A stretch of DNA of 43,408 bases from Azolla caroliniana (GCA_043228905.1 JBHGNT010000263.1:1-43408), one strand, 5' to 3'; positions 23,436 through 36,980 are shown, counted from the first letter of the stretch. Notes: a model not told the origin generated them from the sequence alone. Program-made: numbers and translations.

Positions 23436-24976
23436 ATATGCCGAATTGGATGTGTGGTGTCATCTCCAGTCTCCACATAGCTGGGATGATCGGGTGTCCA
23501 CAAGTCATGGAACCACTCTCCATGAGGTGTCATGTGGTTCGAGGCACCAATGTTGACAAACCATACGTCTTTTGAGTTCAAGGTGTCGATCAAGTCAGAA
23601 ACTAACATAGGATTTTCTTTATGCCTCATCATAAACATTCCACCATAATCTTCAAAATCAGTGTTGGTGGCATAGTTAGTGAGTTGCCGGCTTGTGGAGG
23701 CCGACTCAATTTTCTTCTTTCGGCACTCCTCCTTGTGGTAACCGAACTTACCACAATAGTCGCATTCCACGTGATTTCTTTGTCGGTTTGGTCTGACATG
23801 AAAGCTCCTCCTTCTTTCGAACATTCCATGGTTGTTTCTACTTTCTTGCCGAAATTGGGAGTTGCCTTCATGAGACTGACCTTGTCTGCTTCTCCCTTGT
23901 TCGGACGTGTTTTTCTTCGACCAACAACATTGATTGAAGTTCGAAGAAGGAGGGTGGATTCCCTCTTGCTAGGATAGCAATTCTTATTGTGCCAAATCGT
24001 GGTGCGAAGCTGTTGAGACATATTTGCACCATTTCTTCTTCATCAACATTGACATTGTTTGAGCCGAGTGAGGCACATAGCTCCTTGATCTTCAAGGTAT
24101 AACTTGTGATTGGCATGTCCTTTTGTTGGACATTGTTCAACTTTTGGTAGAGTTGAAGCTTGTGTGTGATTACGTAGGCCGTGAAAATCTTCCTAAGATT
24201 CTCCCACACTTCCTTCAACATCTTGGATTCTCGAATGTAGTCGAGCATATGGTCATGGACACATGTCGCCAAGCAATACATTACTTGACTTGTTGCTTGC
24301 TCTCATGTTGAGTAGTCGGCGTCCTTTGGGTCGGGTTTGTTTTCTTGTGCTCGTTGAATGTAGCCCCAATTGCCTTGTTCGACAAGGTATTGTTGCATCT
24401 TGTAATCCCAAGATGAAAAGTTGTTTTGATCCAAATTCTTGTTGGGAAGAGAACTAGACCCATTTGAGTATTCATGATGGTCAACGTAGATTTCCTTCTT
24501 CTTCTTTCTCTCAGACACGAGATATGTAGTGGCACTATGATAGTGATGAGCCGGTTCTTCTTGATTCGTCAGTGTAGAACACAACACACAAGGATGGGTT
24601 GGATCGAGCCACTAAATCGTTATGATACCATGTAAAGAATCGAGTGTGATTATGTGCAATGGAATAGATTAGAGATGTGGGTTATGTGTGTGTGAAAGAG
24701 AGAGAAGAGACGAATAGAGAATAGTGACTACACAAAATAAGAGCATTACATGGGAGATTAACCAACAACTACAAAGCAAGAGGAGGGTGCTTTATATAAG
24801 GTCACCCTCTCACTAAAACACTCACTCACTTTCTAGAATCTTGGGGAGTTGGGAATCTCATTAACTACGTGTCATAGAATGTAACTCCTATGACACATTA
24901 ATTATATTACATAGTGGTGGTTTGTAGCTCTCTAGCATGTTCACACACTAAGATGAGTTGAGCTTGATTCTCAATA
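23436..24976 (-). mobile_element. Copia-3 (related to Copia-2 and Copia-5): 5' LTR 24631-24976, PBS, gag, protease start
   Basis: TGATACCA|TGTAAAG junction at 24630/24631. Gag NLDQNNFSSWDYKMQQYL and PSFFELQSMLLVEE, knuckle CDYCGKFGYHKEEC, protease WFVNIGASNHMT. Confidence 0.9.
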
Positions 24977-25039
24977 GTAATCTATGTACCAAATGTACCC
25001 ACTATCAACATCTATGTTGACTTCTGCACAAAGAGAAGG

Positions 25040-25830
25040 TGTTATGTCATAGACCATCCTCTTGAATAGCTCATGCTCAAAGTAGTTGTTAATGATCAAA
25101 GTCTCTTCTTTTGTAGATGCATTTCATAGGAATGATTCCCAAAATCAAGGTTTAGCTAGATAAGAGCATGATTAAAAAACTGCAAAGCATGATCTATATG
25201 CATTGTACGTGTGAATTTTTCATACTGACTACTAGCATGCAACAAATACCATCTATCAAGCCTTGCATAGTATGAGGAATGGGTGGTGAGATGAAAGGTG
25301 AACCCATGAACATGTGGTGCGTCATTTTCCATAAATCAGCCCAATCGAGTGAGCTTTTCATATTACTATTGACATTGTTCCTCTCTCAACATATGTTCTA
25401 GTGTTATCACTTGCATTTGGAGAGTTGTTGAAGTCTCCACATATAAATGCATTTTGTGGCCATGAATAAGCACAAATGTCTTGCCAAAATAAAGTTCTTC
25501 CCCTTAAGGCATTCAAGGCACATATTCCAACAAAATCATATGTCTCTCCATTTATGATGCATTGCACAACCATCCCCCTCCCACATTGATCATTATAGGC
25601 AACCATTGGGTTGGGCTCATATGTTTTATGATCATAAACACTCCATATGTTGTACCTTGAATTGCATAAAAGATGTTAAAAACTCCAAATGGACCACCTT
25701 GACCACTGAATTCAACTTGCTTATGTTCTTGAACACAAATTACATGTGCTCGAGAAGAGATAATATAGTTCCAAAATAGTTTCCATTTACTAGGGTTGCA
25801 AAGACACACATTGACTTTTTTATGCATGAT
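25040..25830 (-). mobile_element. Decayed L1-type LINE APE endonuclease domain
   Basis: VICVQEHK, ICGDFN, YARLDRWY and a decayed SDH-equivalent (FNH) occur in the expected order. Confidence 0.75.
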
Positions 25831-26809
25831 TAATATGGGTGAAGATATGAAACAAAGCATAGTACTAATCCGATTGCATATTAGTATCACCACCATGCTT
25901 ATTTGCATGAAGACTAATGTCGGCATTTGATCCTTCTTTGTAAATGTGCACATATGAGCCGCTACTCACCCTTTTCCAGGCTTCTGAGACGGAAGAGAGC
26001 ATTGAAGCATTAACCTATAAAGATGAACCTTGATTCTTAGGTGCATGCGTGTAGTTCCTCACCACAACGAGTGCCTTGCTTCTAAAGGATTTGTTTGATA
26101 TTTGCCATCCTTCAATGTTCTCTTTGTCTACATGAGAGGCTTGTCTCAAATCATGCATGTTTGATTGCACATTGCCATTTGTCTGCACGACTTTACTTTT
26201 TCCCTTTTTCTTGTACTCTTGGTTTCTAGATGCAAACCATCACTAGATCATGGAGACAATTGCTCATCATGTTTGATATGCATGAGGGCACTAAACTTTG
26301 TCATAGCCTTGTTTGACCACACCAACTAGTAGCCTGGGATTCAATGTCAAACCATAAGTAGTACTCCGAGACACATTAGCCACTCATGTTAGGCATGTAA
26401 ACCATATGAAAGAGTAATCCATGATCATGAAAATGGAGCTTAAGAGTTCTTATTGTTTCTGTTTCAAAACGGATGACATGAATTCGCCGAGAGATTCATC
26501 TCATACGATACCTTTTGTTCATTCACTTGAAGCTCTATAGGGGGGTGGGGAGAATCATGAATAGAAGAAGAAGAACCAAGACACCACCAATATGTATAGA
26601 GAGTGAGTGATACATATGTATACAATACATATATAGTAAAAAGTCTAATGATGATGTGGTGGTGGTGATGGATGGTGACACAGAACTTAGAAGCAAAACA
26701 TGGGAGGGATGGATGGATGGATGGGGTGTACTTGTGTGTTTGAATATCACTTACTTTTTAACATAACAAGGACCCTCTTCTTCTTTTTCTCTCCTCTTCT
26801 GTTAATGGG

Positions 26810-26812
<3 letters not shown>

Positions 26813-26843
<31 letters not shown>
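26813..26843 (+). repeat. (CT)n tract, probably in the 5' UTR or promoter of the kinase
   Basis: CT run within a pyrimidine-rich region ~570 bp upstream of the ATG. Confidence 0.9.
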
Positions 26844-26848
<5 letters not shown>

Positions 26849-27083
26849 CCTATGGCTATGGCGATCTCCTTCTTTAACTCAGAGTAGTTGAACCCTTCTT
26901 TCTCAGTTAGACGAATTAGGCAGACATCTCTGCTTTCCATGGGTTTGCTTCTGCTCTACCATACCACATGTTTAAAATCCCTCTCCCAACCTATATATGC
27001 TCGAAGCCGTGGTAAAGAATAAGGCCTACGCAAATGCCTGTGAAAGTTACTAATGATCAAAGCTACATATTCATCTCAAGCGT

Positions 27084-27320
27084 GCAGAGATTAGGGTTTA
27101 CAAAAGACCTGTGAAAACCACAAATTATCAAGAGCATGGCAGAGATTAGGTTTACAAAAACATTTGAAAAGTGACAGATCTTCAAAGCACAACCCAGATT
27201 CGGGTTTTGCTCAAGATCCTTGAAAGCTACAAATTGTTAAATCACGCTAGAGATTAGGGTTTACAAGATACCTTGAAAACCACAATATATAACAATCATG
27301 GCAGAGATTAGGGTTTACAA
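27084..27320. repeat. 53-55-bp minisatellite (4 full units plus a partial), each carrying a telo-box
   Basis: AGATTAGGGTTTACAA-like cores at 27088, 27143, 27196, 27251 and 27305. The full units also share a downstream TGAAA motif. Confidence 0.85.
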
Positions 27321-27408
27321 CCCAAAATGTACTCGGTTGGTCATAGTTTCATAGAAAGTGTTCAAAAGCATTACCGACTTTCTGGAACCTAATGAGCTGA
27401 ATTCAGTA

Positions 27409-27603
27409 ATGGAGAGGAAGGCCTCATTCTCCTCGGATCCCCGGGCTGAGAAGAAGATGTATCCATTGGCTGCATCTGAATACAAGCTTTTAGAAGAAAT
27501 CGGCAAAGGTGTTAGTGCCATCGTCTATAGAGCTAAATGCATCCCTCTCAATGAGTTTGTCGCAATCAAAGCCCTCGATCTTGAGAGATGCAACAGCAGT
27601 CTG
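27409..27603 (+). CDS. First coding exon of a STE20/MAP4K Ser/Thr kinase (BLUS1 / OSR1-SPAK-Fray-like subfamily)
   Basis: MERK...YPLAASEYKLLEEIGKGVSAIVYRAKCIPLNEFVAIKALDLERCNSSL contains the Gly-rich loop and VAIK lysine. In-frame upstream stop at 27352. Consensus donor CTG|GTAAGT at 27603/27604, phase 0. Confidence 0.92.
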
Positions 27604-28729
27604 GTAAGTCTTGTAAATTGTTGATAAAGCATATGAGCTGCAATAAATATCTAGAAAATGAAATGCAAAGGGAAACGAAGACAGAGATGAAAAAGAAGAT
27701 GATGAAACTGGGTTTGTGAGTGATATAGCCAAATGTAGACATGCATTTTTATCCTCTGTATTTGAAGGTGTTAGAGTTGAAATCTAAATTGTGAAAAATG
27801 CTTCAAAACATGACAATGAGATGATGTTTTGGAATGAAATTGGTTGAGAGTCATGTAACCAAAACACTAGACAACACTAGACAACACTTTATCGTTCGCA
27901 TGCAGAATTTGAAAATGAAGTTATTAAATGTGTTGACTATTTTGACCATGAAGACGAAAATAGCATCAGGTTATGAGTGATATAACTAAAACTTGGAGAT
28001 AATATAATATAAATATGATTGTAATGTGCATTTGTGGAGGAGGGATGGCTGTTGGAGATTAATGGAGTTAATGCCTTTTCTTTCTTTGAGATGGATAGTA
28101 ATTTACAATGATTCCCAAACTGGATAGGTATTAGTGCCCATGGACTAAATATCTTTGCTGGCAAAATATTGGGCTGGAGTACTTTGATTCTTAATCATCT
28201 TACCAAATTTTCCTAAGATATTGTGATGGCCAAGTAAAGAGACTTACAAACTATAAATTTAAAGATTTTAGGCATAAACTTTCAAAGTAGTAGAAGAGTA
28301 GTGCTCGAAATGGGCATATATAAAAGCAATCCAGTGTTTGATCTGTGGCAATCCTGATTCTTTTAACTACACTTTCTTGGAGGAAAACTCACTGAGTATA
28401 GAGCCTTGCATTTAGAGCTCACGAAATCACAGGGGCTAGCATTAATGGATCTGATCCGGCAATGAATAGTTTGTCACATGAATGGCTTAATAGGCAAGGG
28501 ATTGGGTTCAGTTGCAATTACAGATTTACGTGCTACTTTCAGTTGCATGTTTATGTGTCTAAGGGGTCCGTGGATCGTTCTCTGCAATTATTGTTCCTGA
28601 CTTATGGGCTTCATGGCAACCTATTGCCTTTTCAGTGGTGTTGTCGTGTCTTCTCTCATGGATAACTGGCATAACCTAGGAATGTTTACGAACTTGCTTA
28701 TATTTATTTTGTTTTGGTATTCTCCAAGA

Positions 28730-30895
28730 TGGACACCATTTCAGTTTGCGAGACAATTGATGTGTATAGTTGTGGTGTATACAATGGCATGCTAGATTTG
28801 GATCCTTTCGCACCCCTTGAAGAACTTACCCAGGTTTATCCAAATCATTGCATAAAGCAGCCACAAATGCCTTCCCTCACACAACGGCCAATCCCCCCAA
28901 ACTTGGTAGAGTAATACAAAATAGTTGGTATGATGAGTAATGTCGTGATACAAGGAGATGCTTGCAGCGTGATGTAACTTGGGGCATTTATACACACAAC
29001 CAAGCGAGAGCAACCTTCCAATGCCTCGTGAGGAAGAAGAAGAGATTGTATTTGGCTAAATTTGAAGATCATTTGTATTGCTTGTTTCTAGGACAAGAGA
29101 GTAAAACAACATGGAAAATGTTTAATGAGAGGCAACCCACCACACAACTGACCTCACCTCAGGTGTGGCAGGAATATGCAAAGGTTCTATATGATATCCC
29201 GGGGCAACCTCCTCTTCCCCACCCGAATGCCTCACGCCCACATGAATCAACCTTCTTTACACCACAAAATGTAAGAAATGCCATTGATCGGCTACAATTT
29301 GGGAAGGCCCAAGATCATGATGGATTGGTGGGTGAGCACTTTATCTATGCCCGTGACACCTTGCTCCCATTGCTAGCACACATCTTTAATAGAGCCATGT
29401 GTGAAGGTTTTCTTACTAGATGGACTCAACATACCGTTGTGCCAATCCTCAAGAGTGGAGACCCCATGATGCCAAGCAACTATAGGACAATCATGATTGG
29501 CCATTACTTGGCTAAACTATATGGCTCGATTCTAGAATTAGAATTTAGTATATGGGCGGAGCAAAATGGCTGCCATTCAATTGGACAAGCAGGCTTTCGG
29601 AAGGGGTTCACAACTTTGGATCACATATTCACCCTCTAGGCCCTTATTGAGGAGGGCAGAGCCCACAATAAGAGGATTTATTGCTGCTTTGTGGATTTCC
29701 GAAAAGCCTTTGACACTGTGCCACGTGCTCAGCTTATGCAGCGGCTAGAAGCCCTTGGTGTTCCTATAGATATGCAATGGGGAATCTATGCACTCTATGA
29801 ATCCGTGTCAGGAAAAGTGCGGTCTTCTAAGGGCTTGTCAGAGGCGGTGGCTAGCACAATTGGCCTGAAGCAAGGATGCCCACTATCCCCCACACTCTTC
29901 AGTCTCTATATAGATGAGGTATCACAGTGCATAGAGAGATTTGGGGGTTCCGGAGCACACCTAGTAGGTATAGCTATACAAATATTACTATATGTTGATG
30001 ATATTGTGCTGATTTTTGACTCTCCGGAGGGACTACAAAGACACCTAAATGCCTAAAAACTATTTTGTACAGACAAAGGTTTGTCAATCAACATGAATAA
30101 AACTAAAGTGATGGTGTTTAACACCACCCAAGCATGGGTAACAAGATCAGAACCAGAATTCTTCTTGGGAGAGGAAAAGGTGGAATACACATGCTCCTAC
30201 ACATACCTAGGAGTAATATTTACAGGACCTAGGTTTTCCTTACAGGAGGCCGCTTGTGCTTGAGTTTCTCGTGCATATGCAGCCCTTGGTGCTCTCGAGA
30301 GACAATGTGCACATTGGCAGTTCCAAGAGCCACGGACTAAGCTATGGTTATTTGATACACTTGTCACACCAACTCTTCTCTATGGAGTAGAGACATGGGG
30401 ACCGAGTCTTAACAAGGCAAATCATTGGAAAGATTTAGAGATACCTTTAGTGTCAATGATTGCTTGCATGATAAGGAGCAAAGCATCGGCGCCCCACGAT
30501 ATAATCCGGGCAGAGATGGGAGCAACACCTATGATAACCGAGGCGTTGTTCCGATCAGTGACATTTATCCAATGTCTTTGGGAGCTCCCTATACGAAGGT
30601 ACCCAAGGTTGGCACTTATGTCATCAAAACAACTGGCTGAAAATGGAGATAGTCATTGTTGGTATGCTGAAATGCAGCAATGGTTCGAGTCACATGGCAT
30701 GAGTATAAATGTACTACCCCCGTTCCAATATAGCGTGGACTGTCCCCATTTAAATATGATCAAAGTGGAAAAGAATAGAGTGATCCAAAGTGATATTATT
30801 AACTTGGAAAACAAGATAACATGGATCAGCCCCAAAATACCACTTGGTACAAAGATGGTCCACTATAAGACACACTTCTTAAAGGTAAAGAGGGA
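28730..30895 (+). mobile_element. 5'-truncated RTE/RTEX-like LINE, RT region
   Basis: NSWYDE, VVPILKSGDPMMPSNYRTI, QAGFRKG, DFRKAFDTVPR, GLKQGCPLSPTLF, LLYVDD and YTYLGV motifs. Few stops. Cut by Copia-4 at 30895. Confidence 0.95.
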
Positions 30896-33800
30896 TGTTT
30901 GACAGATCAGCTATTGAGAGATGATGTTCAGCAAACAGGACTGTAGTAGAGATGAGAGTAGAGACACGCAGATCTTTGGTGTACCCAACCGCCTTGATTG
31001 GTACACAAGAAAAAAGAAGGTTATTATATTAGTTAACCTTACATAGAAAGTGGTGTGTTCACATTATAAAAGGAGGTGTCCTGTCCAAGTGAACAATGTG
31101 TTCACATATACGAATAATTACCTAATTTGTGAACTACGGGCCTTTACACCTAACAACCTCCCACTTAAAGGTCCGATGTGAACATTCAAGTAACTCCCAC
31201 TAACTGTATGCAATGCTCATGTTGAGCTTTGCCAAGACTTTTAGTGAGAATATCTGCAGGATTATCCTGTGTTTTGATCTTGGTCAATGTGACTAGACCA
31301 TCCTCCAAAACTTGTCTGATAAAGTGATGTCGCACATCAATGTGTTTGGTGCGCGAATGAAACATGGCATTCTTAGCCAGATACACAGCACTCTGGCTAT
31401 CACATCCTAACACAGGAGTACTAATAGACATGCCAAGATCTTCACCAAGTCTGCTGAGCCATATAGCTTCCTTTGAAGCTTCTGTAGCTGAAATATATTC
31501 AGCTTCAGTAGTACTCAGTGCTACAATCTTTTGCAATTTGGAGCACCAAGACACTGCTCCACCAGCAACTGTAAATATATACCCGCTAGTAGACTTACGT
31601 GTATCCAAGTCACCTGCCATGTCTGCATCACAATATCCCTGCAAATTTAATGCACCCTTCCCATAGCATAAACATTTTCTCTGTGTACCTTTAAGATACC
31701 TGAAAACACACTTGACAGCCTCCCAATGTGTTTTCCCGGGATTAGACATATAGCGACTAACAACTCCCACTGCATAAGCAATATCTGGACGAGTAGCTAC
31801 CATAGCATACATTAGAGAACCTCATGCTGATGCATAAGGAATTCCCTTCATAGCATTGATTTCCATCTCATCCTTTGGACAATCAGCCTTGCTGAGTTTA
31901 AGATATGACGGCAAAGGAACTCCAAGGGACTTTGCTTCTGCCATATTAAATCTGTTAAGCACTTTTTCAATGTACTTTTCTTGTGACAAAAACAACAATT
32001 TGTCTTTTCTGTTTCTACTGATTCTCATGCCCAAAATATGCTCTGCATTTCCCAAATCTTTCATAGAGAAGACCAATTTCAGTTGATCTTTTAGAGCATC
32101 AAGACTAGTCTTTCTTTTCCCAGCTAGCAACATATCATCCACATATAGAACAAGTATGATAGGACTGTCATCGATATCCTTTTTCGTGCATAAACAATGA
32201 TCTGCATAGCTACGATCAAAGCCTTGAGAAAGCATAAAAGTATCAAACTTCTTATACCACTGTCGTGGTGCTTGTTTTAGGCCATACAAGCTACGTTTTA
32301 GTTTGCATACCAAATGCTCCTTGTTAGAGACTACAAAACCCTTAGGTTGTTTCATGTAGATCTCTTCATCAATATCACCATGCAAAAAGCGGTCTTTACA
32401 TCCATTTGGTACAACTCCAAATTAAGCATTGCAGTGAGAGCAAATAGCACACAAAGTGTGGTCATCTTCACAACAGGAGAGAAGACCTCTTGGAAGTCAA
32501 TACCTTCCTTCTGTGCATAACCCTTGGCAACTAATCTTGCCTTGTATTTTGGTTTCCCTTCAATTTCCTTTACCTTATAAACCCACTTATTTGGAAGAGC
32601 TTTCCTTCCTTGAGGTAAGGACACAAGATCCCATGTATCATTTGCATATAAAGATTTTATTTCTTCTTGCATTGCAAGCTCCCACTTACTGCTAAGTTCA
32701 CATGACATTGCCTCCTTATAAGTAAGATGTTCACCCTCATCTAACAGCATGACATAATGCAAAGAGGGGTCATATCTATATACCTGCCTCCTTGAACGAT
32801 TAGACCTACGTACCCAATGATCAGTATTTTCTGGGATTGGTTCTAAATCTGGAGGAAAATCATTTTCAGCAACTTCTGGCTGTTGCGAACCATGTCCAGC
32901 ATGTTCGACATCTATATTTTGTTCTTCAGTACCTTCATCTCGTTGACCAATATCTTCATGAGCATCTCTTTGCTGTCCAACTTCTTCTGGCTCAAAGATA
33001 ACCGGTTGACCATCATATTCAACCTTTGGTATAGCATCATGAGGTTTATTTTCAGATTTTGTGGATGGCTGTAATTGCTGAAATGTAACGCTCTTAGAGT
33101 TCCCAACAGAGGAACAAGCATTTTTCAGCAATTTTTCTTCATTAAAAACAACATCCCGGCTGCGTACAATTTTTCTGGACTGAGGTAACCAAATCCTATA
33201 GCCCATTTCACCTTCATCACCATAGCCCATAAAAATGCCCATGGTGGACTTAGCATCGAGCTTATTTCTCAGCTCACTTCTAATGTGTACAAACGCATCA
33301 CAACCGAAAATTCGTAAATGGTCATATGAAGCTGGTTTGCCAGACCAAACCTCCTTAGGGATTCCATTTTTTAAGGACTTGTTGGGAGAATGATTACATA
33401 TATGAACCGTGGTTTTTAATGCTTCTCCCCAAAATTCATGAGGGAGATTAGCTATGGACAGCATGCATCGTACTCGCTCACACAAGGTCCTATTATACCT
33501 TTCTGCCACCCCATTTGATGAAGGGTTATATGGAGCAGTAAGCTCTCTTTTAATACCATGTAAGTTACAATAAGACTTAAATTCTGCAGATGTAAACTCA
33601 TTATCTGTTCTGAGACATTTCAGTTTTGTCCCTTTTTGAGTAGTCACAAATGCATGAAAAGATTTAAATGCATCAAATGCATCACCTTTTCTTTTCATCA
33701 AGTACACCCAAATCTTCCTAGAATAATCATCGATAAAGGAAATAAAATATGCAGCACCGCCCAAGGATATTACAGGCATGCTACATACATCAGAATGCAC

Positions 33801-34515
33801 CAAATCTAGCACATTTGGTTTATGAGAGATACCAGAATAATAAGAATTTCTCACTTGTTTGCCAAATAGACAATCATTACAAAAAACCAGCTTTGATCCT
33901 TTAACATCAAATCTTTTTAAAGCAGAAAAGACTTCAAGTCCTTTTTGGCTCATATGTCCTAATCTCTTATGCCAAAGCTCTAAACGAGAGTCGAATTCAG
34001 CAATAGCAAGAAACTTTCCAGGTAAAGCTTTACATTGCAAACAGTACAGAGTGCCCTTTTTGCAACCTTTCACAATAACCATAGATCCTTTCTTTAGTTT
34101 CCATAATCCACCACCGAATGATGTGGTGTAACCATGCAAATCCATTTGTCCTACAGATAGCAAACTTTTCTTAATGCCAGGTACATACCTAACATCTTTG
34201 AGCACAAGCTCTTGACCATTATCCAAAGACAAGTGTATGGTTCCAATACCATCAATATTGCAAGCACTATTGTTACCAAGATAAACTTTTCCATAACTGC
34301 CTGCATCAAATGTGGTAAAGCACTCCAAACATGGAGTAACATGAAAAGAAGCCCCAGAGTCTACTATCCATGTCTGTGTCAATCCATCATCGATTGACAA
34401 TAAAGCATCAATAACATCTGTTTTGGTGATTTGCATGTCTTGAACATGAGCTATAAAGGCATCACCTGTAATACAAAGTACATCACCATCTTCACCAGAT
34501 AGGTCTTCAATGATA
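30896..34515 (-). mobile_element. Copia-4 (Tnt1/Tork-like): protease, integrase, RT, RNase H, PPT and 3' LTR 30896-31155; gag and 5' LTR deleted
   Basis: Nearly intact pol with WIVDSGASFHV, LWHKRLGH, VHSDVC, NGVAER, YKARLVAKG, LYVDDML, STTEAEY and ADILTK. One frameshift (~32385) and one stop (~31823). PPT AAGTGGGAGGT at 31156-31166. Confidence 0.96.
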
Positions 34516-35021
34516 ACAGCCACACAAGCCCATCCACAAAGAACAATCACAACTTTCTTTAGCCCCATCACTCCTAATGCTAGAAGTCAACCCCGGGATA
34601 CACAAATGGGCTTCAGACCAGGACATAACAAAGGGGTTACAATTGATCGGGACCTCGGCCCTATGGACCATGACCTCGACACCCTTGTCATTGACAGATA
34701 AAAGCCATTATCTCCCGCCATCGTAGGTGCTTCCCTCGCTTCGGATACATTTCCATACTGGATCGACCTATGCTAGAGATCTTTCGAAGACAAAAGCTAC
34801 AATATACCTAACTTGAGGATCTCACATGTGCCAAAAACCAGATTCTCTCATTTCTTTTCTTTTCATGTTATTTACTTTTATATTTACTGTGTAATATTTA
34901 TTTTATTTTGATTTGTTCTCAAAGACGAGACAACACTTAAGATGCAATCTCTTATTTGGTCTTATAGGCCATTTTGGCCTCTTAAAAGACGTTAAGATAT
35001 ATTTCTTTCTTTCTTTCTATC
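34516..35021 (+). mobile_element. LINE 3' end (ORF C-terminus, 3' UTR, (TTTC)n tail), likely the distal part of the 28730 LINE
   Basis: Direct homologue of 36981-37525. Ends GGCCTCTTAAAAGACGTTAAGATATA(TTTC)n. LINE assignment inferred from the tail, variable 5' truncation and position. Confidence 0.75.
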
Positions 35022-35229
35022 TTGTAGGAACTTTTGGCCCCTTAAGAGATGTTAAAAAAAAGTATTTTGAGCTTTGTTGTTTGATTTCCTATTCACCAAG
35101 TTTTTCTATTTATTCGTTCATCCTTGGGTGGAGTGTAGTCGCGAATATGATTCCTCACTCACTAGCCGTCCACCCTCCCCAGGGCTTCTCTGTCATATGA
35201 AACATTCCAGTTATAGTACTTAAGTATTC

Positions 35230-35790
35230 TTCCACCTGCACTCCCAAATGCCCTTATTCTAATCAGTGATTGATATCCACCAGATTTGAGAGGTCCTAAA
35301 GAGAAGTTACTCAAGGTTGGCACTTATGCCATCAAAACAGCTAGTAGAACAAGGAAATAATTATATTTAGCTTGTTGAAACACAAGAATATTAACAAATT
35401 ACATGGTATAAGTATAAATGCCGTGCACCCATTTCAATAGAGCTTGGATTTCTCATAATTGGACCAGATCAAAGCGGAAAAGAATAGAGTAATTCAAATC
35501 TATATCATTAAATTGGACAATGAAACAATGTGGATGAGTCCGATGATGCCTCTTGGTATGAGAATTGCCCACTACAAGACCCTCTTGTGTTGATGCACAT
35601 CTATCTGATATGCTTTACAATGTGATAGGGCAGCTTAAGACCTCTTCACATCATTTTGAGATCGAGACAGGCAAATAATGCATTCAAATATATAGAAGAA
35701 TGGATTTGCCAATTGTGCTATCAGGATGTGGAATTGAAGAAACACTATGTTTGTCTTTATATGAATCCTTTCAGAACCTTATGAAGTGTT
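35230..35790 (+). mobile_element. Older, decayed LINE fragment (post-RT region with Cys/His finger)
   Basis: AGGTTGGCACTTATG.CATCAAAACA.CT and AAAG.GGAAAAGAATAGAGT match 30606-30781. Continues to FEIETG and ICQLCYQDVELKKHYVC. Confidence 0.8.
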
Positions 35791-36980
35791 TGTAAGAAGA
35801 GGCTCCCGTCATGTAATCTAAGTCTTTTGAGTATAGTTTTTCCATAGGTTGTGCTGCAATATCTTGTTCTATTCACTAGTTTATAGAGATTTAGAGTTTT
35901 GGAAGGGTGGGCAGTTCTCACTGTTGAGGTTATTGTTGTTTGAGCACCCCAGTTCTTCTCCCTTTTCTGTTATTGTTTCATTGTTTCTTTGATCTTTCGA
36001 ATGCCTTTCGTGTGTAATTCTCTGAGGTGGCATGACTCTGCCTGTGGGACCAACCAAGAGCAATGTTTCTGCACTTTCCAATGTAGATAGAAAATAGAAA
36101 AGAAAGAACTGATAGTATTGACGATACAAAAAAGATTATCACGTACATTTCTATGTATTATAAACTAGCTTTTATGCTTTTGGATTCTTCAATGACTTCA
36201 ATGTCATGAAAATAAACTGCCCATTTTCCTTGTGTTTTTGCTACATAGATCACCAACTCTCGCTTCCTATTCATATTTGTACTGGTGTGAGCTTGTCTGG
36301 CATCCACATTGTTATTTTAAAAGATCATTTTTGCTACTGATTTGATATTATCTTGCAGGTTATCATATTGCAATTTTATGTGTTTCGTTGTGATCCTTAC
36401 TAGGGGATTCTATGTCAATAATTGGGATGGCATGTTTGGAATATTATTAGTTGGGAAGATATGCATCATTGTTCATCTTGTTCTCCTCGAGGACTCTTGG
36501 GTCTTGCCAGTAACCCAGTTATCCTTTGTCCCTCCATCATGAATCTTGAATTTTATCCTTGGTCCTTCCAACCCAAAATTTGAATTTCTTTATCAGCTTG
36601 AATTTTTGTTCTTTTTGAATTTGCAATATCATCTTGCACAAATTGTTTGCCTGGAGCACATTCCTGATTCCTTGTATTTGTTTGTATTTCATCAAATCGC
36701 CGTGTTTGAGTGTTGATGTTGACCTTGACATATTGGTCCAAATTATTTACTTTTTGTGTTTGAGTGTTAAAATTGTCTTGAATGTACATTTTTTTCCTTG
36801 TTTGTAACTCTTTTTGTGGTGCGTGGTTCAATTGTTGCATCTAGATGAGAAGATCTAAAAGCTTTTTCTCCCATCAAGGAGACTTCTCACTAGGCTTTGG
36901 CACAGGGGAGGTTAACACTATGAGAAAGGTACTACAAACATGAGCAGGAATTGCTGTCAATGGGCAATCCCTTTCCCCAG

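Noticed and set aside
27084-27320. Repeat with conserved core and variable remainder as a CRISPR-like array or telomere remnant
   Set aside because: Eukaryotic context, no cas genes, and the 'spacers' are homologous to each other. The telomere motifs are single, not tandem TTTAGGG.
27358-27408. ORF-track GTG start and read-through to 27624 for the kinase
   Set aside because: The ATG at 27409 is the first in-frame ATG, and 27604 onward is intron (GTAAGT).
27864-27888. ACACTAGACA x2.5 micro-duplication
   Set aside because: Trivial slippage repeat in an intron.
36330-36840. TTGCAG|G acceptor-like site at ~36358 and minus-strand ORF 36553-36840
   Set aside because: The downstream sequence does not encode kinase subdomains III-VI. 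The minus ORF is compositionally biased with no recognisable motif.
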